Below are positions 52,632 through 64,000 of a DNA stretch of 64,000 nucleotides, in pieces. Made by a program: the position numbers and the translations under genes. This DNA is from Octopus vulgaris (taxonomy: Eukaryota), in the NCBI GenBank assembly GCA_951406725.2, contig OX597817.1, forward strand, positions 153,884,001 to 153,948,000. Reading direction: 5' to 3'. Each line of letters begins with the position of its first letter. Position 1 is the first letter of the stretch. The notes beneath the pieces were generated by a model, which was not told the DNA's origin, did not search any database, and saw only the letters and a program-made list of their open reading frames with translations.

Positions 52632-53606
52632 AAGAAAGAAAGAGAGAGAGATAGAGAATGTAGTGATGCTGATTATGAGTATGAAAAATATAGCTGAGGA
52701 AAAATCAAAAAAGCGGAATGTTCTGCATATTAAGTCCACGTGCTGTTGAGTCTCATATATGTCATAATGTTATGCGGTGTTCTCAAAACTGCCATCACGT
52801 GAAAATATCCAAGCATGTAGCAAATGAAATCTCCACCTAAAGACGTTTTTAAAAACTTAAAAACAGCAACCAAGGGAGATAACAACCTTAAGATCAGTCA
52901 AGCGAAATATTTTAATAATGCAAATTGTAGCCAAGTGGTGAGGAAAGATGGAAATAACAGATACTGATACAAGAAGAAAACGGTAGACTGAAAAAACAGA
53001 TTAATAAATGAGAAAATAGATGAATGGATCAGCTATTATCATCTGTTACATTGTATAAGCGGGAAATAAATTAGTGGAGGTGATAATATTTTTCCATATA
53101 AAGGAATATTCAACACTTGTCAAAATTACTATATTTCATTTGCTACATAATTGTCACAATCACTGCATTTATTTCCAGTTTCCCCCTTCTTCTCGCTATA
53201 TTAAAGACATTCATAAGAATTTTTTTACGCAAGAATATACTAAATGTCTGCCGGAAATAAAATGAAGCTTTTCCTCGGCATATGGTAAACTAAGGAATAC
53301 TAAATCTTTCAACATATGGTAGGTCAAGGAATACTTCAAGTGACATGAATTCCATTTGTGAATAGTCGTGCGTTGATTAAAGGGGTAAGAGATGAGAAAG
53401 AAAGGCTGATGGGAAAGAAAAAAAAATGAATGAATGACTGGTTGTAAAGAATAAGAGAAAGAGACAATGAGGGATTCATACGTAAGCAAACACAAACACA
53501 TCCACCATTTCCCCCCCTCTCTCTCTCTCTCTTAATGTGTATGTGTGTGTGCTGCATTCATACACACGCATACATACACACACACACACAATCAAACACA
53601 CATATA

Positions 53607-54575
53607 TTAGGTCATTCCATAAATAATGCGGTTTGTAATACTTCTTTTATTGTTCAAATTTAAGATAAAGTTACTTTTTAATCTAAAATATACCCTCCTT
53701 TATTTTCTACAATTCTCTTCCATCTATCTGATACACTTGCAAATCACTCTTCCAACATTCACTAGTCCGTGGCGAAAATTACTCCTACAGTACTGTTCTC
53801 ACTTCGTCTACAGAATTCATATTTTTTCCGTCCAAATGATATTGAAGACTGCGGAATAAATGGCAATCAGATGGGGCAATGTCCGGTGGGGCATCGTTTT
53901 TCATTGCAAATGCTCCAGCTTTTGAAATGTCAACCTCGCTGTTTGTGGTCGAGCATTATCTTGATATAAGACCTTTCGTTTTGAGACCAAAGATGGTCAT
54001 TTTCCTTCTAGCGCTGACTTAAGCTACTCGCAGTAGATCTCCTGTGTTATCGTTTGGTTTGGGCTTAAAAATTGAACGTGGACTAAACCTTTCATATCCC
54101 ACCAACCAGATAACAACACCTTACGTGGGTGAAGACATTCTTTAGCCTGGGATGCCAATGTTTCTCCTTTCCCAAACCCACTGCCTTCAGCACTTGACAT
54201 TTTTATAGAGAACCCATTTCTCGTCACCAGTCACTATTCGGTCCAAAAAGGTTCATTCGCGACAGCAAACACGAGCACACATTCAATCTCTGCGCACTAT
54301 TAGACCGGGGAAGTTTCTGAGGAACATATTGACTCAATTTGCTAACTTTTCCGATGGCACATAAGTGTCGATGAATGGTCGAATGGCCAAATCCAAGCTT
54401 CTCTGCTAGTTCCTCAACAGTTGCGATGAGATTTTGTTCCACCAAGGTCCCACCAGGGTTTGCAGGACGTCCTCGTCGAGCTCTACAGATCTCCCAGGAC
54501 GAGGTTCGTCTTCTAGGCTGTAGTTTCCGGCTCGAAATTTCTGGAACCACCGTTGACACTGGCTTACGCATAAAA
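53607..54575 (-). mobile_element. Mariner fossil, 3' part (same family as 22822-23976)
   Basis: TIR TTAGGTCATTCCATAAATAATGCGG; - strand fragments HPRKVLLSGWWDMKG, VEELAEKLGFGHSTIHRHL, IVTGDEKWVLY. Confidence 0.88.
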
Positions 54576-55167
54576 GAAAGAAAGACGACACTTCAAACGG
54601 GCGCTTTTCTTTTTTGGTTGTCGTTCAATTCAAGCGGCACCCATTTCTCAAGTTTTTTGTTTTTCCAATCTCTTTCAAGTGGTTGGAAATTGTCGTACAT
54701 GTTACATCTAATTCAGAAGCAAGCTCTCGAACAGTTGTGCGTGGATTGGCTTCGACTAAGGCTCTTAGTTGATCGTTGTCAACATCCGATGGTCGACCAC
54801 TACACTTATCATCTTTAAGGCTCTCGTCATCGCTACGAAATTTCTTGAACCACCATTGTGTTGTACGTTCATTAGTGGTTCCTGGGCCAAACACATCGTT
54901 GATATCGCGAGCTGTTTCAGCAGCATTTCGGCGTAGCTTGAACTGGAATAAGAAAATTGTGCGAATTTGCTTTTTGTCTATGTTGTATTCAACGTCGCAA
55001 AAATGGCTTAATTATTCAAAAAGAAAAAGAGTACCATGATTAGATAGAGCGAAAAACAGGCTTTAAAGTGATATATAATGTCAAAGTAATTTAACGAAAA
55101 TTAATTTGAAAATACATCATTTAAAACCAAAATTAAAAATTCCGCAAGAACTTTCTTGACAACCTAA
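54576..55167 (-). mobile_element. Mariner fossil, 5' part (Hsmar1/SETMAR-like subfamily)
   Basis: DKKQIRTIFLFQFKL..AAETARDINDVFGPGTTNERTTQWWFKKFRS..SGRPS..VEANPRTTVRELA; TIR TTAGGTTGTCAAGAAAGTTCTTGCGG with TA. Confidence 0.88.
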
Positions 55168-56267
55168 TACATAGGCATAAAAGAGAAAGAAATCTTACGA
55201 GAGGGCTATGTGAGCTGATCAAACCGATAGACACTCAAGCAAACAGGCAGATAGACATTCAAGCAAATATTAAGTAATTCTTCTTATGATGAGTCAATGA
55301 GTATCAAGTTGGAGACTATGATAAAAAAGCAGTCTGTAAAGAATAAAGGATGTAGTGTTGAAAATGTGGCCTGATGGATTCCAAATACTAACAAAGACAG
55401 TTTGTAGTATCTGTTAAAGAATTCATTGAATCTAACTTTTCAAAAGTCTGAAAATATTTACAGAAGAGTGGATTTTAGATTTTCTACGAAAATAAAATTT
55501 AATAAAAATATAAACTCTTGATTTAAAAGTTCGAAATTCGATCAAATATTGATTTTCATTTTTAATATCAGTAGAATTGGAATGGTTGAATGACTACAGC
55601 ACTGGATTTTCATTTCATATTGGCTAACGAAGGGTGAAAATTATTGCTAATTATTCTAACGCTTTTTTCAGTTTTGGTAAAACGATTCCACTCCCTCAAA
55701 AAACAACCACAGATTCCTAAAACCTATGTTTAAGAAAATATAAACATTTTTTATAAGAACGCGAAACAAGAATCATTTTGGAAGTCGGTAAAACAACTTG
55801 TACGCAGTCGCATGTCTTGCTTTGCTAGAAATATCGTAGGGAAACAGCACTCACGTCACATCCAATCATCTTTAGAAAAGGATGAGCACATTGAATAAAG
55901 GATTCCAACAGAAAAGAACTAGAGACATAGCTTGAAAACGTTTATCAAGTGTTCTGTTTCAGTTACCGTGACTTATTAATTGGATTTTTCCAGTAAGAGT
56001 CTCTTGGAATATTAAAGCAATACACTTAATTCGATACGTCATGGTTCACTTTCCTGTTTTGAATTGAACTTTGGTCATCTGGAAATTTACTTGTGACAAA
56101 CTGGCAGCAGAACAGTCATCACTCATCCTTCCAATTCTCTTGATCCTCTGAAACTAGCTAACTATACCCTTGGGGGCTTAGAGACCATCTACCGTATTTG
56201 TTTTTAGTATCAATGGCGTATATATATATATATATAAGTGTGTGTGTGTGTGCAAATGTGTGTATAT

Positions 56268-56342
<75 letters not shown>

Positions 56343-56827
56343 TGTATGTATGTATGTATGTACGTATGTATGTATGTAAGTATGTATGTATGTATGTATC
56401 AAGGGATATAATAGGTTAATCCTTATAACATAAATAAGCGCTGATGTTTATCTTATAAAAGACATTGGAGTGAAATGATAAATGGATGTCGACCTAGTTT
56501 CACATCAGAGTTCTTAGACACAAGACGACTGGTCTATTGCAAACATAAACTGTTCTGTTAGAAATATTATATTCGACTGGTCTGGCAAATAGACTGTTTC
56601 ATTGCAAAAAGACATTGATTATAAGCATAAGATTAATTAATTGGTGTAAGCATTGAATAAATTAACGGGGTGTCATCTTTTATTGTTCGCTTTTCTAATT
56701 TTCTCAATTCTTATACGATTGGGTTTAATTGCTGCCTGTTTGCTTGACTTATAGCCTCTCTCTGTCCCTGATTTTACTCGTAACCGATGAACTGTAGTCC
56801 TCTGAGCACCGTATACAATATGCTCGT

Positions 56828-57035
56828 TGGTAGAATCGTTAGCACGCCGAGCGAAATGCTTAGCGGCACTTCACCCGTCTTCACGTTCTGAGTTCAATTT
56901 CTGGCGAGGTCGACTTTGCCTTTCATCACTTTCAGGGTCAATAATTTAAGTACCAGTTGTGTACTTGAGTCGATGTAATCGACTTGACCTTCCCCCTAAA
57001 TTGTGCCTTTAGTAGAAAGGGTTATTATTATTATT

Positions 57036-57077
<42 letters not shown>

Positions 57078-57300
57078 AAGGCAACGAGCAGGGAGAATTG
57101 TTAGTGCGCTGGACAAAATACTTAACAGCATCTCGTCTGTCTTAAAACCGTTCTGAGTTTAAATTCCACCGAGGTCGACTTTGCCTTTTATCGTATCGGG
57201 TCGATAAATTAAGTACCAGTGAAGCACTGGGGGTCGATGTAATCGACTAGTCTCCTCCCACCAAATTTCAGGCCTTGTGCTTATAGTAGAAAGGATTATT
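56828..57300 (+). mobile_element. Two tandem SINE family A copies (56828-57025, 57079-57300)
   Basis: Two heads and cores separated by an (ATT)n(GTT)n tail. Confidence 0.85.
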
Positions 57301-57541
57301 ATTGTTATTATTATTATTAAATCTTTAGTCGATAGGATATCGGACAACCAGAATTAGGAATCAGCGAATAGCATCCTGTCACCAGTACAAAATCGTATCC
57401 TTAGATACGATACGTAACTACAAATGATCCAGTCTATTTGTTTGTAAGTTATTTCGTCGAAGGGTTAACTAGCCACTGTACACACAAATGAATGTTTTGT
57501 TGGCTTATGTCAGTAATGTTGAATTCTATCTTGAGGATTTA

Positions 57542-58302
57542 TCTCTCTATATATAAAACTGAGAATGTGTGTCTGTCTGTCTGTCTGTCTGTGTGTTTCC
57601 CTAAAACTTGAGAACTACACAACCAATTTCATTCAAATTTTACACATGCTTTACTTAGGGTCCATGTAGTTCAAAAATGTTCAACTTCTTGCCTAGAGCG
57701 AGCCCATAGCAATATCATATCTTCTCCACTATTTCAGTATTACGTGTTAAAAGTGAAACAAAAACATTTCTCTATTTTATGTCAGATGCTTTCACTTTAA
57801 CAATAAAAATAATAATAACAATTGAATTATATGTAGTAAGTAATAATTAAAATCAAACTAAAGTATAATATAATCGTAACATAACAAAAGTAAAAATAGC
57901 AATTGGTATAAAATTGCATCAATGATTTGAACTTGAATAAGTGGTTTCACATGAATGGGAATAAATTTAAAATAAAATTAGTGTGCAGAAATGGATTAGT
58001 CCAGATGGATAGTAAAAAATTAAATTAAAGAAAAGACTATTGTCTATAAAGTATACAATGTAGAGAAAAAAGAAGATTTCAACACCTGGAGGAAATTACA
58101 AGAGACGGGCTAACAATTCCAGTCTGTTATATATTTTGAGTATTGTTATCACTAGCGATATCAAGATATAACTTTGTATTTTGTATGTTATGTGTACATG
58201 TATATATATAGAGAGAGATGTACATGTAATATGTACACATATATATACACATATATACATGCACTAGCACTATGACCCGGCAACGACGGGTCATAATGCT
58301 AA
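57542..58302 (+). mobile_element. Non-autonomous Helitron-like element (longer subfamily)
   Basis: A|TCTCTCTATATATAAAACTGAG start; 3' hairpin TATGACCCG-GCAACGA-CGGGTCATA then CTAA|T. Confidence 0.65.
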
Positions 58303-58430
58303 TATCTTATAATCGTTGATTGTTAACTGAAGTTGAGCACCGATTCTAAGTATTATTGACTAGATCGATAGATATTAGAGTTTTTTTTACAATTAAACAT
58401 AATTTTGGCTGTATTTCTTAAACTTTAATA

Positions 58431-58851
58431 GGTGGTAAGAAGCTTGATTCCCAACTACATAGTTCCAGGTTAAGTCCCACTGCGTGGCATGGCACCTTGG
58501 GTAAGTGTCTTCTACTATAGCCTCGGGCTGACCAAATCCTTGTGAATAGATTTGGTAGACGAAAACTGAAAGAAGTCCGACGTATATATATATATGAAAA
58601 CTGAAAGAAGCCCGACGTATATATATGTATGTATGTATATGTGTATTTATGTGTCTGTGTGTGTCCCTCCACCATCGCTTGACAACCGATGTTGGTGTGT
58701 TTACGTCCCTGTAACTTAGTGGTCTGACTGAAGAGACCGATAGAATAAGTATTAGGCTTACAAAGAATGAGTCCTGGGGTCAGTTTGTTTGACTAAAGGC
58801 GGTGCTCCAGCATGGTGGCAGTCAAATGATTGAAATATGTAAAAGAATAGA
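58431..58851 (+). mobile_element. SINE family B
   Basis: Family-B head, core and tail with a small internal duplication. Confidence 0.88.
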
Positions 58852-59141
58852 GGAATATGCTCACAACATTAAAACCTAGCAGTGAGTCGCTCCTATTCGA
58901 GTTGTTAGATTTCCGGTTTATCGTCCAAATAATCGAAGCTATGTACCAAAATGCCCCCACCGTACCACACTGTATTCCTCCTAGTAAAGATGTTTAAATT
59001 CTAAGAAGTCTTTTGACTATAGAAAGTTACAACTCAGCCCCACCCCCATGAACTCTGTCTCGTTAGCCTTCTATCATTAATCATTAATCATTCCATGGAT
59101 AACTCTAGAAGTGGTTTCTGATTTACTGATTTTTACTGATA

Positions 59142-59537
59142 TCTTTATATATAAAAGTGAAGTTGTGTGTCTGTCTCCTACGATTTAGATTCCTTACTAC
59201 TCCCACATTTTGCGGTGTAGTTTAACCAAAACCGGGTATCTTATAGTCGTGATTCATATCGAGCCCTTCTGGGTATTAACGCGCGTCTACGATGAGTCTA
59301 CTATTTTAAAAATAATTTACCATCATTTTTTCCATTTTAATGCATTTTTTTCGCTATTATATAAGGGAAGTAACTCTCTAAAAATGTCTACGATGAGTCA
59401 ACGATTTAAAAAAAATTTACCATCATTTTTTTCCATTTTTAATGCATTTTTTTGCTATTTTTTAGCTATAACTCTCTAAAAATGCTTATATAGTTATTTC
59501 CCTTACAAACCCGAGCAACGCCGGGCGATACTGCTAG
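59142..59537 (+). mobile_element. Non-autonomous Helitron-like element
   Basis: A|TC...CTAG|T; near-identical to 12100-12486. Confidence 0.8.
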
Positions 59538-60339
59538 TACTATACAAAAATATTTTCAGTCATCTCCCAACACTCACCTAAAGGATTACTGAACGCTGTT
59601 TTGAACACAGCGTTCTCGTTCAAGAAAAATGTAACAGATACAATATACGTACATCCATTGATATTTTTCTCTTTTTCACACTATTATTCATTTATAGTGT
59701 AACGAAAAGTAAGTCGGCAGAACCGAGAGAACGCCATAGAATTCCCTTGAGCTATTTAATTACGTCCTTTTCCTTTTGAGATTAAAATCCTTCCACGATT
59801 GTATTTTCCTTTTATACTTTCGATTCAATAACCTAAGTACCTGCCAAGTCCTGGAAATAATCTAGTCGACTATTTCCTTTCAACACATCTATAGACCTGC
59901 GCTTATATTAGGAAGCATAACAGTTGCGCGGTAAAGAAATTTCCTTCGTACTCATGTAAGTCCGGTCATAATTCCCCGGTTTTAATCCCAGATCTTTAGG
60001 AGAGGAAATTGATAGACGGAAACCGTACTAGAACCTATCGCATTACTTAAAAAGAATAACACACACACACACACACATACATACATAGATATTCATATAT
60101 AGCGGGGCTGGGGGTTAGTTTTTCTTTTAAACATGTATTGATAACATGATTATGTGTATCAGATTCTTATAGTTTGTTTGGAATAATAATGTTCCCTAAT
60201 TAACTTATATCAACGGCTCCATTCATCCAGATTTTGGCTTCTGAGTAGCCCTCTTCACAAAGAACTTATGTTTATACAGACTTTGCACCTAAATTTTACC
60301 ATAAGAGCGTTAAAATTCACATTTATAGTTTTAGATTTG

Positions 60340-61190
60340 ACTGTAAATGTGAAAGTTTCAAACGATATATTTACCATGCAAGATCGACCAGAGCTGTTCG
60401 ATAGGGTTTAGGTCAGGAGAACAGGGAGGCCAAGTCATGAGTGACTGGTCTGTGATTCCCAAAGTTGCGAGGTACGAAATTCTAGACTTGGCTGAATGCG
60501 GAGGAGCATTATCATGCATAAAAATCAATCGCCGTCGACGTGAGAGAGACATCATCTAAGCATGCTGCAAAATACTCCTCCGGAAACGCGGTGTAGGAGT
60601 TGCTGATGAGTTTGATACCTTCTGGCACTCGGTAAGGCCCGACAGGTTCATTTCCTATGATTCCCGCCCAAAAAATGACACTACCACCTAATTGTTAACA
60701 CCAAATGCGATGCGGACGAGAGGCTCCAAGAGGTACCCAAACTTTGGCCCATCCATCGAGGCCATCCGTGAAGAGGATATCTTGGAAATCGATCTTCATA
60801 TATTTTCGTGCCCAGTCAATACGCTTCTCTTTGTGGTTCTTGCTTAGGATGGGTCTAGCGATGCACTTTACACATCTGGTCGTCTCTTTAAGGATCCTAC
60901 ACCGACAAAGGAGCAACCCTGCACCTTCAAATATGGAAGCACTTGTGCTATCGAGGTCTCTTCGTATCTGTCAACCTATTTTTCGGATGTCACGCTGGGA
61001 TACACTTCTTCTCGTACCTTTATCTTGCCTTTATTTTTTAGTGATGGGGTTTTCTACATACTCCTTCAATGTTCTTGTATCCCGACAAAGCCCTTGGGAT
61101 AATTCGTCCACAGGTAACCAACCCTTCTGCGAGACCTAGAACTATCCGTGTCTTCTCTGTAGCTGTCAGACGTCGTTTCAGGGTCATTTT
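60340..61190 (-). mobile_element. Tc1-family (DD34E) transposase fossil
   Basis: IFMHDNAPPH..WPPCSPDLNPIEQLW and RPILSKNHKEKRIDWARKYM..ILFTD; frameshifted; TIRs not located. Confidence 0.85.
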
Positions 61191-61385
61191 CGTACACCTG
61201 CAATAAAGTGTGACACTTTTGAAAGCACTTCAAAATACATAACTCAACATAACTTTGTATTTATCTTATCAATACAATTGAAATGTTCACTGTGCACGTA
61301 CCTACCTAGAATCTTTCAGAGGACCGAGTTTCACGTTTGTACAATGTATAATCAAAATATCAACAGAAATTTTACCTGCAATAAA

Positions 61386-61423
<38 letters not shown>

Positions 61424-61443
61424 CCACTGGGCCATTGCGCCTC

Positions 61444-61484
<41 letters not shown>

Positions 61485-61489
<5 letters not shown>

Positions 61490-61687
61490 TAATCCAAACG
61501 GGAAAACAAAAACAACAACAACACGTGGAACAATTACAGTATTATTATTATTAGGCGCTCAGGAAAATGGAAGAAGGAGGGTATGACGTTTCGAGCGGAG
61601 CTCTTCGTCGGAAACATAGGAGAAAGAAAGATCCCGAGACGGGAGGACAGAGGAAAAAAAATTGCAGGTAGTCTTCACGAGGTCACA

Positions 61688-61690
<3 letters not shown>
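61485..61690 (-). mobile_element. Short Penelope-type element with hammerhead-like motif, within (TA)n
   Basis: - strand CCGACGAAGAGCTCCGCTCGAAACGTC; truncated second copy at about 37636-37720. Confidence 0.55.
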
Positions 61691-61775
<85 letters not shown>

Positions 61776-61780
61776 TGCCT

Positions 61781-61822
<42 letters not shown>

Positions 61823-61825
<3 letters not shown>

Positions 61826-62108
61826 GAGGCGCAATGGTTAGGGCAGCGGACTCGCGGTCGTGGGATCGCGGTTTTGATTCCCAGAGCAGGCGTTGTGAGT
61901 GTTTATTGAGCGAAAACACCCAAAAGCTCCACGAGGCTCCGGCAGGGGGTGGTGATCCCTGCTGTACTCTTTCACCACTCTTTCTTCTGTTGGCCTGCTC
62001 GCTTAGCCAGCGGGGTGGCGTCATTCGAAGGCTAAAACAGTGCGAACGCATTGTGACCAGCGATGTGTAAAACATCTGATGGTCTGGTCGGTCACGTGAT
62101 CACGTGAT
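61823..62108 (+). mobile_element. SINE family C (tail type 3)
   Basis: Family-C head followed by a GGCCTGCTCGCTTAGCCAGCGGGGTGG..GGTCACGTGA tail. Confidence 0.85.
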
Positions 62109-62115
62109 ATATATG

Positions 62116-62192
<77 letters not shown>

Positions 62193-62596
62193 ATGTGTAT
62201 ATATATATATATACTACTACGTGTGTGTCTGTGTTCAGCATATAGCAAAAGTCTAAGGTCCTGGTAGGATTTAAAGTAAGTGTTATTTCCAGAGAAGCAC
62301 TCGACCCAAACACTGGCTAATCAACATTGTCAGGTTCCGGCCCAAAATCCTATAACCCGACAGTGTTTCAGTGTTACCCCAATGTTACAGTACACCTTTG
62401 ATACAAGTCTGATGAAGTGCCTCTCTAATGGCTATAACCACAAACATTACATAAATTTTCACTTCGAATTTTCGTGTAAACTGGCGTTACAGGTAAAGTT
62501 GGTACAGAAACAATTGTAATGAATCATTAAAGATGTATTAAAGAATTTTCTTTGTCTTCTGATCATTTGTATATACATATATATCTTTATCTGTGT

Positions 62597-62968
62597 AGGT
62601 GCAATGGCCCAGTTGTTAGGGCAGCGGACTCGCGGTCATAAGATCGCGGTTTCGATTCCCAGACCGGGCGTTGTGAGTGTTTACTGAGCGAAAACACCTA
62701 AAAGCTCCACGAGGCTCCGGCAGGGGATGGTGGTGATCCCTGCTGTACTCTTTCACCACAACTTTCTCTCACTCTTACTTCCTGTCTCTGTTGTACCTGT
62801 ACTTCAAAGGGCCGGCCTTGTCACTCTCTGTGTCACGCTGAATATCCCCGAGAACTACGTTAAGGGTACACGTGTCTGTGGAGTGCTCAGCCACTTACAC
62901 GTTAATTTCACGAGCAGGCTGTTCCGTTGATCAACCGGAACCCTCATCGTCGTAACCGATAGTGCTTC
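62597..62968 (+). mobile_element. SINE family C (tail type 2)
   Basis: Near-identical to 11408-11791. Confidence 0.9.
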
Positions 62969-63094
62969 TATTCCATCCATATCTTTATCTGTGTATATGT
63001 GTGTATATGTAAATATACATATTTATACACACGCGTATACACAAATACATGTATATTATTTATATGATTTATATGTATATGTATGTATGTTTGT

Positions 63095-63306
63095 GTGTGT
63101 GTATCTGTGTTTGTCCCTAACACCGTTTGTTAGCCGTTGTTGGTGTGCTTACGTCCCCGTAACCTAGCGGTTCTGAAAAAGTGACCGACAGAATAAGTAC
63201 CAGGTTATATAAAAAATAATAATTACCGGTGTCGAGTCGTTCCACTAAGATTTTTCAGGGAGGGACCCCAGTATGACCGCAGTCTAATGACTGAAACAAG
63301 CAAGAG
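63095..63306 (+). mobile_element. SINE family B 3' half (diverged)
   Basis: GGTGTGCTTACGTCCCCGTAACCTAGCGG..ATGACTGAAACAAG. Confidence 0.75.
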
Positions 63307-63402
63307 ATATACATGCATCATATATATATATATATGTACGTACGTATGTATGTATGTCTTTGTGCACACTCTCGCACACACACACATATGTATATATATA
63401 TA

Positions 63403-63573
<171 letters not shown>

Positions 63574-64000
63574 GCGCGCGCACATTTACACGAGCCGTTT
63601 GACAGATATGCATTTTCTAATTAAAACGTAATAAGTTAGTTATTACGCTCTGCTTAATTACGGCTCCAATTATAACGACTAGTACGGCTTAGCCTTAATC
63701 ATTAACTTTAATTTAGAGTTTTACTTTGATATTCTGTATGACGTCAGAGCATTAAGCTATTCAGTTGTAAATATAAGTTTACTGTGAGGCAGTTCTGCTA
63801 TGAATACGGCAAAACAAATTAGCTATTGAAAAGACACGCTTTTGGCGACGTAATGAACGGGTACAGGATGTTTCAGAGTGTTCTTTGCACTGATTGGATG
63901 ATTGCATGGCAATTCTGTTATTCTGCTGCAAAGCAATAATGGCACGAATGAAATGTAAGCATCTGAGATCAAAATGCTGGAGTTTGTGCACTGTCTCTGG

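Noticed and set aside
61823-61890. tRNA genes at SINE heads
   Set aside because: They have A/B-box-like motifs but run directly into SINE bodies; no independent cloverleaf with terminator

Overview
AT-rich, microsatellite-dense eukaryotic (animal) genomic DNA. The SINE families and (TA)n/(TACA)n density strongly suggest an octopod cephalopod (inference, not a database result). Nearly all of the supplied ORFs are microsatellite or SINE artefacts. One host gene is supported on the + strand, a probably secreted tandem von Willebrand A (VWA) protein. It has two large phase-1 exons: 43871-44467 (MIDAS intact) and 47659-48251 (MIDAS lost). These are preceded by a putative chain of 12-48 nt phase-1 micro-exons (19802-38005) encoding an acidic, Ser-Gly-rich, proteoglycan-like stalk. 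The start/signal-peptide exon was not found. The rest is mobile DNA: three tRNA-derived SINE families (over 25 copies), non-autonomous Helitron-like elements, mariner and Tc1 fossils, pogo-type MITEs, a 5'-truncated REL-endonuclease (HERO-like) LINE, a Penelope-like GIY-YIG remnant and several long palindromes. Three signals stand out. (1) A fully base-paired hammerhead ribozyme with non-circularly rearranged strand order lies in the LINE 3' UTR (9946-10057). (2) Several minimal hammerhead variants, including a U3-A8 compensatory core, sit in palindromic Penelope-type elements next to (TA)n tracts. (3) The micro-exon-built acidic GSG stalk precedes the VWA domains.
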